A DNA stretch of 64,000 bases from Nageia nagi (Eukaryota > Plantae > Pinophyta). Made by a program: the position numbers and the translations under genes. A model generated the notes under the pieces. The model had not been told where the DNA came from and made no database searches. It saw only the letters and a list, made by a program, of their open reading frames with translations. Location of the stretch: assembly GCA_050084985.1 (NCBI GenBank), contig JBITNC010000001.1, forward strand, positions 199,206,001 through 199,270,000, written 5' to 3'. Shown here piece by piece: positions 38,630 to 53,098 of the stretch. Within the stretch, counting starts at the first letter, position 1; each line of letters starts with the position of its first letter.

Positions 38630-41600
38630 TCACCTAAAGGATGTGCATTCATTGCCCAGAGCTTCCATTCACTCTTGGAGGTTTTTCATGGAAATTGCTC
38701 CTCTCGCATTCAATTAGTTGATTGAACAATGTTGCCTTGAGTATTTTCTTTTTGAAGCACAATGGCATCATGTTCAGTGCCATGTACGTGATTCCAAAGA
38801 TGTTGTTGATGCCTAGAAAAAACTGTACCAAATTTTTGAGTCCAAGAATCATAATCAAATCCTTCATCTTCAAGGACAACTTCATAGTTTGAAGTTTAAA
38901 GGTGGCGAAAAGTTGGAGCCTTTTCTTTGTTGAGTTGTGATACTTCGTGCTTCTCTTCAAGCATTAGAAGCATAGTTAAAAAAATCGGAATCGATTGGTT
39001 GCTAGATTCTAATTTTTTCAAAAATCGTATAAAATTAGCAAAAAAATCTGATAAAATCGGCAAAAAATCGGAATGGAGAAAAAATGTAGGAATTTCTCCT
39101 ATTTGATATTAAAACAAATCAATTTTAGCTAAATCTGAATATTGCACATCAAATAGACAACATTCCATATAGAATAACACATAAAATATCCAACATTGCA
39201 TATCAAAGAAATTGTAGAGTTTGATATTACATATCGAATGTCAAGCGTCAAGGATCAAAAACATTAAAGATTTTCAAGGTGACATAACAAAATCTGAATC
39301 ACAAGATTCATCATCTAGTGACTACTACTACAACATTGCTATGAGCTATCATCCATGTTTTGCCTTTCGCAATCTCTCTTTTGCAACCTTGGACCTAGTT
39401 GTTATTAGAGGTTCATCATCATCAATATCATCTTCAAGATCAACTCCTCTATGTGATGGCCCTGCTACTAATATATCCCCTTGGGCCCTTTCTGCTTCCA
39501 TTGCCACCCTTTCAACTTCCTCTCCCATTGCAGTAGCTTGTTCTTCCATCCTTTGAAACTCTTCAAAGGTGAAATCAAAATCCTGAGGTTGTAAAATCAA
39601 AATGCATTGCCCATCAAAAGTTGATAAACTATATTCAAAATCAAATTCAATAGCTAATCTATAAGTTGAAAATTGAAATCAAAATCTTTAACGGTCTAAC
39701 CTCTTCAGGCACATCCTTCAACCGTGAAGCCCACACATCACTTGCATCAATCTCATCCAACTCTATCACGTCATTACTTGTTCCTTCAATTTGTCTATGA
39801 CGGAGGCGAAGGTTGTAATGCACAAAAACCAAATTATTCAAATGCTCATGGGTGAGCCTATTGCGCTTCTTTGAATGAATTTGCTCAAAAATGCTCCAGT
39901 TTCGCTCACACTTAGAAGAACTAGCTGGTTGGGATAAGATTTTTATGGCCACTTTTGGAAGATTTGGCGTATTACCGCCATAATCCTCCCACCATAGATC
40001 TAAAAAAAACACCAGGAAAAACAAATAAGATATGCATTTTTCAAGATGTTACTAATTGGGAAATTCACTTTAAAAAGATTAAAAATGCATTTTGTTACCT
40101 AGAGCTAGAGTTGTGCTTGATTCTATACATTCTGGGGATGAGAACAAGTAGCCTTGTGCTTTCTTGTAATCTTGAAGCTCTACTCTGAAAATTTTGGTCC
40201 TAATTTCCTTATCTGTTACCAAATGGTTAATAGCCTTGTGGAGACCTACAAAATTTAAATATCCATCAAAATCCAATATATTCAAATTCAATAGGTTAAG
40301 TTGAAAATTGAAGCTAAAATCCTCAAAGTTGATTAATATTTACTTGTGGATATCTGCGTTAATCTCCCCGTTCAATGGATCAAAATTGTTTGCATAGAAG
40401 AACTTGGGGTTCCAGTAAATCCCCGCTCCATGTAGAGGCTTATGCAATTGAGTATTCCACCTACAATCAACCATGTCCCAAATGTATTAAAATCTTGATG
40501 CTTGATGATCGAAAAAAAACAGATATGGCCTCCTTTGCCTTATCCATTGCCTCATACATGTACCCCATGGATGGCTTCTCTGAGTCCATAAAGCGAAGCA
40601 CCCTCACTAAGGGCTCTGTAATCTGCAAAGTGAATTATCAATTATACAACTAAATTAATAACAATTTTAATGAATTAAATTTTAATTAATTCAATATGGA
40701 ATGATTCGGAATTTTGGATAGTACAAAAGTGGAAAAGTTGAAAATTGAAATAGAATTATACCCTCAAAATTTGAAGTGCATCTGTCTAATAATCATCATC
40801 AAAGATACAATTAACGATATTCTTGCCCTCTGGTTCACGTGCATATCTCGACTCCATTCACTTGTTGCTCACATACATTTTTTTCAATGCAATTTGAGTA
40901 TTAAAAATACTTTGCAATGTAAGAAATGATGTTGCAAATCGTGAGGTGGCTGCATGCAAAATTCATAAATTTAATTTAATGAAAAATAAAAATAAAAAAA
41001 GACATAAATGCAATAAATTGAAAGTTGGGAAATAATTAAAAATTTACTAGGACGTATTAGACCCTTTCCATTTGTGAAATTTGTCTTCATCAAATGGAGG
41101 ACCCAAGCGTGATTGTAGATATATTTGATGATATTCTTTGCTGTTTCCACAATCTCTTTTATCCAATCTACACTTCCAATGCCCTCAAGAAGTAAGTCAA
41201 TGACATGTGCAGCACAAGGAGTCCAAAAAATGGTAGAGTATTCTTTTTCAATCCTCTCCCTTTCTTCAACGTATGCAGAAGCGTTATCTGTGATAACCTA
41301 CAATGTGCACAACATAAAATTTAAAGTTAAGTTTTAAACTTAGATGAATTAAATTTTAATTATTAAAAAATTAAATCAAAAAATGATAACGTGCACAAAA
41401 TGCATCAAAACGAAATAGATAGAAAATAATATACCTGCACGACGTTCTTAGCCCCCACCTCCTCGATGACTATTTGCAGCTGCCCAAATAAATAATCGCT
41501 ATTTTTTATTTCACCTGATGCATCCACTAACTTCAAGAATACCAGACCTCCTGAAAAAGCAGCAAAAAAGTTCAACAAAGTTCTCCCTTGTGTGTCGGTC

Positions 41601-43948
41601 CAACTATCGCTAAGAATGTTGCAGCCCTTTCTTCTCCAAATCTTCTTTTGCTCATCAATAACCCTCTTGCAGTCTAAAACAACCACATCCAGCATAGAAC
41701 CTCTCAAATCACTGTAAGTTGGTGCTTTGAATTCAACACGACAAGTAGCAATAGCTTTAACCATGTACTCCCAATATGGCGAGTTCGCCACATTGAAGGA
41801 AAGATTAGAGTAATACCAAAAATTTGCAATTGCCTTTCTGGCTTCATCAAACTTATCCTTATTCCATGATTGATTGAGTGTGGTTTGGCCACCAAAAGAT
41901 GCAAAAAAATCACACCTCATTGCATTACTAGAGCCTGCTGGATTCCTCATTTTGTTGGTGGGGGTTTGCTTTGCAATTGCAGTTGTAGCTGCACTTGTTG
42001 CACTATCACTAGCATTGCCCTCTTCAAAGAAATGGCCCTAGGTAGAACCTGCCCTTGAAAACCCTGGAGGTGGAGGTGGAAACCCTCTGGCAATTTCTGT
42101 TTTTGTTCTTTTCTTTGCCTGCTTCTTTGCAGACTTGGCTTTGCCTTTGGACATATTGATCCACCTTAGGGCAAGGTCTAATATTATTGCCAGCCATTCT
42201 TGCTAAGTGAAATTTCATTCTGTAAACACCTCCACCAATAGGTTCCCTACAAAAATTGCAAATATGAGTGCTTGCTGTTTCAGTCTTTGTGACATATGGC
42301 AAGCAGCATCTGTCCTATCTTTCTTACGGCCTAAAGAACTCATACTTGCAGCTGCAAAATCAAACAAAAAAAGAAAAAAACAAATAGCTGAAGCCTTTGA
42401 GAGAATGAAAAACACCCATCAAAACTCACAAAACATTGGAAAGTTGGAAACTTACTTGGAATCTCTTCAAATTTGTTGAAAATGGTGTTAGCTCAGCTCT
42501 AGAATGCAAAAAAAAAATGAAATGAATGAGTTTTTTGATGACTTAAACCCCTCTACCCACGCCCAAGACGACTAGACAATTTTTTGCCGATTTTTTAATT
42601 AGGAATTGTGATTTTTTACAGAATTGAATCAGACAAAAAATTGGATTTACTCCTGAAAAATCATCGGCCGATTTTTTTCGAAAAAATTGCGCTTTTTTTT
42701 GTCTAAAAAATCGCAAATCGGAATCGGAGAAAATCAGATACACTTTTTTGAAAAAAATCGGATCCGATTTGAATTGGATTGTTTGCTTGGCCGATTCCAA
42801 TTTTATCCGATTCCGATTTGATTTTTACAACTATGATTAGAAGTGAAGGTTAAAGACAAACTCCTCATACCATTGTCTTGAGAGCTCTTTAGATAATTAT
42901 CGCATTTTTTTGACTTATTTGAATATTGCCAAACACAAGACAAACTTTGAAGAATTGGTGAATATGCTGCAACAAGAAGAAGCATATCATGAGAATTCCA
43001 ATGAAGAGGAGCATGCAATGGTGTTCTTTCAAAAAGGCAGGCAACAATCTTTCCAACATAAGGGAAAAGACAAGTATCATGCTTTCAACAAGTACTCAAA
43101 AAGTTTCTTGATTTGTGGCAAGGAAGGGCATGAACTCCAATAGTGTTGGTATAATTCTTTTGGATCTTTTAAAAATTCCGAACAAAAGGGACCATCTCAC
43201 AAGCCCAAAAGAGACTGAAGAGAAAAGATCCCAAGGAAAGAAACAAGGCAATGTTTCTAATGTTGAAGAAGAAGCTGAGCCTGAATACTTTGCTCTTGCC
43301 CATCAAGAGCTTCCATCCATTACATCTACTTGGTATGTAGATTTAGGTGCTACGAAGCACATGAATGGCTGAAAGGAATGGTTTGTTTCTTTGGAAGAGA
43401 AATCCTATCCTAGCCAAGTTTAATTGGGGGATGACACACCTTATGCTATTTAGGGCAATAATGATTTACAAATCCGTCTTGGAAAGCACAATTGTAAGAT
43501 CAAGGAAGTCTTGTATGTACCAAGACTTAAAAAGAATCTCTTGTCTATTGATCAAATGTTGGATCACAACTTGAGAGTGAAATTTGTCACTTTGGATGGT
43601 AAAAAATGTTGTCTCATTCGAGATAAGCTCAGGGATTCTCGGATTGTGGCTAAGACAGTATGAGTTGGAAAGATGTTTTTACGTGATGTTGTGGCTTCCA
43701 ACAATCAAGCACTCACAGTTAGTGTTGTCAATATTACAACTCTTTGGCATCATCGCTATGGCCACATGAATTGCAACTATCTTCTCACATTGCGAAAGAG
43801 ACAAATGGTTTGTGGTCTTCCATTACTTGTCTCACCTCCCACTATTTGTTCTACTTGTGTTATGGGAAAACAACATTGGATTCCTTTTGAAGCTAGCACA
43901 CATCATGCTAAGGGACCACTTGATGTGGTTCATTTCGATCTATGCGAA
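38630..43948 (+). mobile_element. Degenerate Ty1/copia gag-pol fragment split by a hAT insertion
   Basis: Gag reads LQALE|VKVKDK across the hAT. Then knuckle ICGKEGH, protease WYVDLGATKHM, GAG-pre-integrase LWHHRYGHMN...CSTCVMGKQH and integrase start VVHFDLC, where it is cut by an LTR. Confidence 0.85.
38971..42835 (-). mobile_element. hAT DNA transposon with a degenerate, intron-containing transposase (BED finger, DUF659-type core, C-terminal dimerisation domain)
   Basis: TIRs CATAGTTAAAAAAATC / CATAGTTGTAAAAATC; perfect 8-bp TSD ATTAGAAG; subterminal AATCGG repeats. Motifs CNFC...KFHLA, SDSWTD, WTPCAAHVIDL, CERNWSIF...KKRNRL. Start ~42343, frameshifted. Confidence 0.92.
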
Positions 43949-44200
43949 TTTAATGTCCCCAGTTTGGGACATCTATACATCAGCCCTCATTCCTATTCAT
44001 TGTGACCTTTAATACTTATCCTAGGAGTGATTTATTTGTCAAATTATTTATCTGTTATATTCATATTTGTACCTCAAGGGCAGCGCCTAAAAAGGGCCAT
44101 TATGATGAATTATAACCCTACGTCCAAGTCGACCATGTTAAGGAGGTTTGGGAGCCACTTAAACTTTATTATTTCCCCCTCCTAGTCGGCTTCCTTTGGT
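43949..44200 (+). mobile_element. 5' fragment of an H1-family LTR
   Basis: Similar to 12523-12790 (…cctcattcctattcattgtga…, caagtcgaccatgtt). Confidence 0.7.
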
Positions 44201-44231
44201 GTAACGGCTTCACCTACTCCCGACTTCACCA

Positions 44232-44914
44232 ATGAATATCCTCAATGTTGGATGGACGGAACATTGAATGGGACAGCCTCACTCCCTCAGAATCTGAATC
44301 CTCTCCATCGAAGGAGCTCTCTCCAAACCTTGGCGACCAATTGAATGGTAGAAGTGTGACCTTGGAATACCACCGGATGGGCTAGGGTGCTACACCAAAG
44401 CAATAGATTAACAATATCCCTCAGCCTGTCAACTCTCCTAGATGCAGCACCTAGGGATATTGCTTGACGCTTCGCTAATACTTCTGTCCTTTGGACAGTA
44501 AGTGTATGATCAATAATCTGTATATCCAACAATGATGCTCCAAGGGCTAATGTAGCTTTCATGGATCTGTATCTCACCTCAAGTCATCACCCAGTCCCCT
44601 CAAACCTCAATGATGGTACCTAGGAGTCATTCCAGGCCCAACGTGGGTATCTGGGCCTCCCTCATGCTCCAAGTGGGTCTAAGAATGCATGTGTGGGTCA
44701 AGGAGGCATGCGTGGGCATCTAATGGGGCAACGTGGGTGTCATGGGCCAACGTGGGCGTCATGGGCCAACGTGGACGTCTAGAAGTCTCCCCAAGTGCTA
44801 AGTCTTCTATCCCAAGTTCTAACTAATAAAACATAATTAATAATTAAATATGTACAAAGAGGAAATCCGTTGGATTCCAATATTCAAGTACAATAATCAA
44901 AAAGGAATGTCACA
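44232..44914 (-). mobile_element. Partial family A LTR with an internal deletion
   Basis: Reverse complement of LTR A, ending ...GTCACA at 44914. Confidence 0.85.
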
Positions 44915-47900
44915 ATTTGGTTGTTAATTGAAACTGTTGTTGGACAAATGTAACTTCCCTCATTTATCAATCATTGAATTTCATTTTTGAGTTTAATGCA
45001 TTGGTTAGTTTTATGACTTTTAGATTATTGATAACCACAATATGGTGTTTTCTTGTACGTTCTTTTGGGAGGCAATGTGATCAATTGTTTTTACAATAAA
45101 TCTATGAGAATGTATTGAGGTGGAATAGGAAAAGTGAGTCTTCTATTTTTTTCTAAGTTTGAGATCTTGGTAATTCTGGTGGTTGAACATCACCTTTAGT
45201 TGTATTCACTTTTTTTTTATCCTTGATATGACTTTTTGTTATAGCCTTCACTAAAGTTCCCATTTATGACTATGCTTGCCTCAAATAAGAATTTCTTTTA
45301 TAATCATCATTTGAGTTATTCCCAAAATGTAAATTGATATCATGACATACATATTTATCTTATATTTTTGATCAAAGAATTTACCAGGATCTCGTTCACA
45401 TTTGATTCTTCTATTAGATTTCATATGCTTTGTCATAGTTTCTTTAATGTAGGAATGTATTTCTCAAGTTTTTCATTAAGTCCTTGTTGAATTGCATAAA
45501 GATTTGCTAACGAAGCTGGTTTGTTGATATTGTATCTGTATTGATTGATAAATGCATCAGTTGCTACTTCAAAACTATTTAGAGATCTATGAGAGTGTTT
45601 TTAAAACCAATCAAATGCTTCACCTTTTAAACTCCAAGGAAGAGATTTAGTAATTAACTTGTCATCATTGTGACATTGCACATTGCATTCATCTTAAAAT
45701 AATAATAGTTGTTGCTTTAGATCTTTCTCGCCACTAAACATTTTAAATGTTGGAGAATTGTAATCTTGTGGGATAGGATGATTCTGAACTTCCAAAGAAA
45801 GAGGAATCATTAGAATAATGTCGATCACTTTGTATTTTTGTAGATTTTATCTCAACCCTATTGTGATCCAACAATTTTATCAATTCTGTTGTTTTGTAAT
45901 CTGCTTGAACATTAGGAGTGGGACTTTGGACAGTTATACTATTCTAATTGTTCTAAATATCTTGATCGCTGTGTGGTATGTTAGATGAAGATTTGTATTC
46001 TTGTGTATTTTGGACGATAAGGTGGTATTCCTGCATGTCATTAGCCTTGAAAATTTGCTGGATCAAATTTAGATTGTTGTAATACGAAGCCATGATGCCC
46101 TAAGGTTTTGACAAGGTTTGACGCATGTATGTTTTTTAGGATGCTCTAGGGCTTACTAAAATATCTAGAGTATTATGCAAATTTGACAAGAGTAGATACA
46201 TAGAACTTATCTAGATGATAGAGGATTGGAAGCTTGCTAGTGGATAACTAGTGTTCTTGGAGGATGAACCCTAGCTGCAATTGACCTGAATAATATTGGA
46301 AATGATAATCTTGAAGATGAATTCTAAGATGATCTTGAAAATGATAATCTTAAACATGATTTTATCTAGTTCAATTGTAGGGGCTATCAAGGCTTGGGAC
46401 CAAATCATTTGTGTCTTGGGCTTGCGATGCTAAAGCGTTGGGCGTTTAGGGCCTGCAATGCTAGAGCGTTGGCAGTTCTAGGCCTGGTTGCTACAGCGTT
46501 GAGTACTTTGAGCTTGGGAATCATAATGCTAGGGTTCTAGCCTAGCTATCTATTTTGGCCTATGCTTTGCTCTTTCAGCCACTTGGATGATTCTGATAAT
46601 ATTTCCACATTTATGGAAGACGATCTTGCATTATTGCTTTCTTCTTATGATAAATTGTGATAATGATTGTTTATGATTCTTCCATATTTGCAATCAACCC
46701 TTGGAAGTGCTTTATAAAAATATTCACAAATTTGATTTTGAATTCCTTTTGAGGGGCCCACTTAGAACAATGTGCATAGAAGATGGTTGTAATTTAGAGA
46801 AATTCAGTTGCTCTTGATTTATGCAAAGTGGATCCAATTTGACTTTAAATTTTGTATAAATCAAATAAAATATTTAAATAAAATCATTTTTAAATAGCTA
46901 AACACAAAATTAAAAGTTTACAACAACCTTGTATGTGACATCTCAAGATATCTAGATAAGCCTTTTTCTTTTTCTTTATATAGGCTTTGAGAAATCTAAT
47001 TTTGAATGTGCCAAGGTGTAATTACCTAGTCCAATGGTACATAAGATAATGCTAATTTGGAAGATATCACTCAAGTTAATTCTTTAATAGCCTCAAGTGG
47101 GTCTAAAATTGACATTTTGCATCAATCAAATAAAACATTTAAATAAAATCATTTTAAATAGTTAAAATATAAATTTAAATGTAAGTAGGTCCAAAGATTT
47201 TGTAGTTGATACTGGATAAAATTTAGATTTTTATGAAAACCGGTGGCAACATGAATGGTATAAAGTCTTGTTACATAAAACTTAGGTTTTGTTGATGTAG
47301 AAGTTTGCTAGAAGGAAAGTATTAAGTCCTAGTTAGACTGTATACAAAATTATTAAAATATACAGTACATAAATTGATTATTATTGACAGCTGTAACTCT
47401 TCGATGAAGCTGAACTATCAAATCAACTCAAATTCCTAACAGGTATAATTTTTACACAATTTCTTTCTCCAATTCCAAAGTCTTGTCTTAGATACAAAAA
47501 CAATGAATAATGTATGTAAAATAAAAGTATTGTTTCAAAAAAATTAACAAACTCAATACAAATAAATATATGTATTCCGTTGTAGTTGGGTGGAGCACTT
47601 AGTTTGAGACTCTTTCAGATTCAGTTTCAAATGGAATGCTTAGCTGTTAATTCCATTCATGGTGTAAAGAAAGTATTGACATATATACGTTCACAAAAAT
47701 TATACTGTAAATGTGTTGCATAGTTTACAGTTTTTTGTGTTTAAATTATTTTATATTCATTCATGTGGAGCATGGATGTACAGTGGACACCATATTCGTT
47801 TTAGGAAAAACTGAGCTAATTACTCCATTATTTATAACACATGTTGCAGATACAGTTAAACAGTTTATAGTTGATAATATTAATTTGAATGTAGTATTAA

Positions 47901-48473
47901 AAATTAATAGTTTATACTACTTGAAAATAACATAAATATTATTCAATAAAATTTATCATAAATAAGTGTAGGTCCAACATTTGAAAAGTGTCAAATATTT
48001 TTCTTCTGTTTACTCATCGGTAGCTTTTGTTTTTATATAAATCATGATTCATTGTTTAAATTTAAATTGTTCTCTCATGAAGGAGCAATAACGTCTTAAA
48101 AGAATAATATTAGTCCAATTCCCCAACCTTCCGTATGAAGTAGGTTTATGATATAGTTATACTTGGTGAGGGTTAAGTTGAGCAGTTTTCAGAAGATACA
48201 GGGCTATCATTAAGGTCCTCAATTCAAGATACCAGTGCTTAGATGTGTGTAAATATACATTTGCCTACATGATAAAGACAGTCTAGCTAACCACATGCAA
48301 TCCTTGTTACAAACCACATTCAATCCTTGTTGCAAACCACCTACGATCCTTGTTACAAATCATGGGAAAGTCCTTTTATACTATTTACATTTGTAGGAGT
48401 TGAAACTCACTGTGAATGCATTTCTTTCAATCATAAGTTCGTTTTATTGGGAGGTTATGGTTGCGATATCTGA

Positions 48474-49205
48474 TATTGGCTAGTGGACTTTGGGTCATAA
48501 TATCTTGTAACATGGTGTTTGTTCCAACTGTGGAACAGGATAGTAGTTGGGTTCAAAGTTTTTCTTTAGGAAAGGCAAGCAAGAACGTAAGATATGTCTC
48601 TGATCCTAAGATGGGAAGGTAAGGATGGACCAACCTATTATGCCAATGGACATGAGGAGTCTTATGTGTAAGAAAAGGATGCCTCTTAGAGGGCCAGTAG
48701 ATCCATGTGTGAAAGAAGACTATGGTGTTGTAAATAAGTTAAAATGTAAAATACAAGCAAATAACAATCAAGTAAATAGACAAGGGTTAAAGGAGGTACG
48801 TTGTGGTCATGTTCTTTAAAGTCCTTTGTCATATATAATATTGGCTAGTAAACTTTGGGTCATAATACCTTCACCTTGTAACATGATGTTTGTTCCAACA
48901 TTGGAACAAGATAGTAGTCATGTTCAAAGTTCTTCTTTAGGAAAGACACTCAAGGATGAAAGATATGTCTCTGATCCTAAGATGTGAAGTAAGGATGGAC
49001 CAACCTATTACACCAATGGACTTGAGGAGAGTCTTATACATTAAAAAATGATGCCTATTATTGGGCCAGTAGCTCCATGTGTGGAAGAAGACTACGGTGT
49101 TATAAGAAAAGTAAAATGTAAAATACAAGTGATTAACAATCAAGTAAATGAAGAAGGATTAAGGGATGTACGTTGTGATCATGTACTTCGAAGTGCTTTG
49201 TCCAG
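48474..49205. repeat. ~365-bp diverged tandem duplication
   Basis: tattggctagt...ctttgtc occurs at ~48474-48830 and ~48839-49205. Confidence 0.85.
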
Positions 49206-49984
49206 TTACTCAAATTATTGAAGATCCATCGCTTCTTGAATGGAAGACTTCATCAACTTGATCCTCTCTTACAACTTTGTTGGAACTGTCCTTGTCACTG
49301 ATGAATGGGGTCTCCTATGTGTCCAAGTGTCAGACTTGAATAGGTTACTTTTAGCAATGCAGGTCTTGAAGGTGGTTCTTATACCCTGTAACAAGTATCT
49401 AATTTGTATTTCATAACTTGGATTTCATGTCTTTACGCCTAATTGTCAAGATTTTCCTTGTATTGGTACCTACTTATCAAATTTAGGAATGCCAAATTCA
49501 ATTTCAGGAAATGTTGGTTTTAAAGCGGATGGCCCAATATGGAAAAAGTTTTATTCTTTTTTTTATTTAGTTTGATGAGTTCATCTCCAAAGATGGGTCT
49601 GGGGGTTTGACATGTATTCTACTAAAACAAGTGGGGGTGGAGGTGGATATGTCAATGTTTTAGGGCAAACATGTGAATGATATAGTTTCTTATTATTATA
49701 GGCATCCCATTGAATAACTATCTATAAAAAATGAAGAAAATTGTAGCACATTCAGTTTCTTACATAAATATGAGACCCTTGTATAAATCTCAAAACTTTC
49801 TTTTTGAGAAAGATAAAATGCTTGCTCTCTACGTAAGTGAACATGCTATATAAAGAAATATCTTATACACTCACTTTGATAGTTTTCAATGATATATTGT
49901 TCATTCTGACGTGTATTAGCCTACTCTGATCTTGTTTTATTGATAATATTTGTTAAGACCTGACATTTTGTGATGTTTGAGCAG

Positions 49985-50084
49985 CTTGTTCTCCATTGAA
50001 TTTCAACTTCAAGTCATTGTAAGCTTTGAGTGTGACTTAGCAAAGCTTTATGCACACTCTGAGTTGAAGACTCCAAACCAATGG
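49985..50084 (+). CDS. VPS26C: VPS26C coding exon
   Basis: cag|C acceptor whose phase completes GA+C (Asp) from the previous exon across a 22,516-bp intron. Encodes LFSIEFQLQVIVSFECDLAKLYAHSELKTPNQW; donor gtaaaa. Confidence 0.92.
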
Positions 50085-50207
50085 GTAAAATGCAACCGTC
50101 ACTTTTAATAGTCAGTTGCAATTTGATGGACTTCCCCTTTTTATTATTTTTGATTGTTCCTACTGTTTTAGTTAGAATTATCAACATTTTGAATGTGCCT
50201 TGTCTAG

Positions 50208-50264
50208 GTGGCCTTTCAAACTCTACCTCTTAGATTGGTCCGCACAGAGCGACTAGAAGAATGA
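50208..50264 (+). CDS. VPS26C: VPS26C terminal coding exon
   Basis: tag|GTG acceptor after a 123-bp intron. Encodes VAFQTLPLRLVRTERLEE-stop, matching the VPS26C C-terminal LPLxLVR motif. Confidence 0.92.
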   Translation: MAFQTLPLRLVRTERLEE

Positions 50265-51489
50265 AGAGTTGTGTTTGCAAGTTGTGCGCCTTGCTTTGGA
50301 GGTTTTATCTACTCTTGTGTGTGGATTGGAATACAGTTTACAATAGAAAGTCGAGGTTGTTATTGTAACACACGGTTGAGCTGTAATATCAAGACTCGTG
50401 CTTTCTACAAATATACATTTATGCAGGGGTTATTGGAACACTTTATATACACAATGATAAAATGCCTATAGGGGTGTGGAAATATGGGACTTTGGAAGGT
50501 TCCAAAATTTTAGGCTAATCACGATTTAGACGAAGCAAGCTATTATCTTGAATTGTATTCTAATTAGAGTTTCTATTTATTGTTTTTTTTTTAGTGAAAT
50601 AACTAAATAGTATTTTTCCATTTGGGTATCCAATTACATAATTCATAAGCTTTTTAAAAACTGTTTTTAATGAATGTTGTAATTTATGTATGTGAAACTG
50701 AAAGTATTTGACCTTATTCCAAAATATATTTTTGATATATCATTGGGATAAAATCTCCCTTTGAGATCTTTATGTTATTTAATATAAATAAATTTGTGTT
50801 GTTATAATTTTAATTTCATGTAATTAGTTTATAAGTTAATTGCATAAATTTTGCATCAGCACTTTCGGACACGTAAACAATTAATTTGGTGCATTGGAAG
50901 TTATCATGGAAGTGAGAAGCATGATTCGAACCCATGAAGAAGCATCTAAAAGTGTGATGAACTGACCGATTCCTAAATCTAATAATAAAAAAATCAATTG
51001 CATAAATTATTTTTTATTATTCTTTTATTTCAATAATTTAATGACAAATAAAGTAATAGTAATAACTTTATTGTTGAGATATTCTTGTGAACTAGGTAAC
51101 TTAGTAAAATATATTAGCATGTAAGATTTAAATCATAGTTCACGATTGAAAGTTACGATGTTGTAGTCAATACATTAAAAATGTTTGAATATATAGTTAT
51201 GTACAATCATACGCATACATATATTTGATTATTATTATTGATGAAATACATTTAAGAAATTTTTTACTATTGACTGTGAAGAATTAAAAAAACAATTGTA
51301 ACTTGGACAATTGAACAGTTATGACTAGTAGAGAAGGATATAAAAGATGAAATTACTATTGACCATGTTAGAAACTAAAACATAGATTATAGTTGTAACT
51401 TAATCCTTGGCAATGGTGCATTAATATCATCAATATTTTTTAAGTGAAAGATTGACTTCATTCCATCCTTGAAAATATTAAATGAAAAG

Positions 51490-51791
51490 TGCTTTCTTTA
51501 ATAAATTCTAATGTACAATCTTCAACATACTTAGGTTTGATTGTGCTTAACTTTGAAGTGTTTCCTTTAATAGATTCTAATGTACAATCTCCAACATACT
51601 TAAGTTTGAGTATGTAGAACTTGCATGTATAATAGGAAAAATATATATGTAGAACTTGCATGTATAATAGGAAAAATATATATGTAGAACTTGCATGTGC
51701 AATTATCTGTATGGAATAAGTGAAATGTAGCTTACAAGTATATTGCTTTTGTTGTTTCCTTAACAATATATATATATATATATATATATAT
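51490..51791. repeat. Short tandem duplications and (TA)n
   Basis: ~45-bp segment twice (51495, 51564), ~35-bp unit about 2.5 times (51612-51697), (TA)n at ~51765-51791. Confidence 0.8.
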
Positions 51792-52958
51792 CTATGTATT
51801 GCAAGCATGTTGATTTTGATATGTTGAGGAATTGATAAGTTTAATATGAATGTCAAACTTTTGGGTATAATAATTATTTTTTAAGAGAATAAAAATTTAT
51901 TTGTTTATTTTTTAATTGTATAAGAGGAAACAAAATAATATGTTAGAAAATTATAGAGGTTTAGATTCTTTAAAGTATAGTAATATTTAATTTAATTATA
52001 TATATATGTTATATTAAATAGAAAGTCAGATTGATAATTTGTATAAAGTTTTAATGTTGGTTACTATGGTTTGGAAAAAATAATTTTGGTTAAGTGGAAA
52101 ACTTTCTATGGTTTGGAAAATAAGTGTAAATATGCATGACTTTGTAGTTGGGATAAAAAGAAAAATATTCTCTTGGTATTATTTTATGATTAAAAAGTAT
52201 TTCTCGACAAACACAATATAAAATCAAGCAAATTCAAAAATAAATTATCCTTTATAATTTCAAAATTAAGCATAACATACATTACCCTATACTTCTCATA
52301 GAAGTTGGGGTTACTTCCTATAAAAAGTGAAACCTTAAAATGATTTATACTATACAATTATAAGCTTTCAAATCTAGACTACCTATAGTCACCCAACAAA
52401 CTTGCCTAATTCAACAATATCTTAAAATAGGTTATTTAAAGACTTTGATTAATGGTTCAATTTGTGGGGTTTGCACAACATCATAACCCCTTATGATAGT
52501 GAAAAATTAGAAGTGCAAATTGTAAACAAAATAATTCAATTTTTTTAGAATGATGATAACATCAAAAATAAAAATAAAAATAAAAAAAAAATCTTTTACT
52601 ATAAAAATATCATTAATCCCAAACTTGAACATCCTTCAGATCTACATAAGATTATTAATTTTAAAAAGAGATTTGTAATTGTTAAATTTAAAACTAATTC
52701 ACATGAACTTCATAGGGAAATTGGTAGATAGATAACACAAAAAACACCTTCAGATATTTTTTTTTATATAAATTATGTAAACTAAATGCCATAGAAGATG
52801 AGATTCATTTTATTTTGTTTTTTTTGCCCACTCCACAAAGATATAAGAGGAACCTAGAAAGGTATTTGTGATTGCAACTTGATCCCCAAATTCTTAAACC
52901 AAGACAGCCAAAATAAGCTTGGTGATTTTATTATACAACTTAGTTAAATGAGAAACTA

Positions 52959-52960
52959 TA

Positions 52961-53032
<72 letters not shown>

Positions 53033-53034
53033 AG

Positions 53035-53098
<64 letters not shown>
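52959..53098. repeat. Compound (CA)n(GA)n microsatellite
   Basis: Directly visible in the sequence. Confidence 0.97.

Noticed and set aside
31354-44914. Two minus-strand family A LTR pieces as the ends of one element
   Set aside because: The flanks (CAATT vs ATTTG) are not a clean TSD, and no minus-strand family A internal sequence, PBS or PPT is seen between them.
46090-46800. Possible decayed DNA-transposon remnant with ~30-bp repeats at ~46420-46510
   Set aside because: No TIR or TSD could be identified; too degenerate to call.
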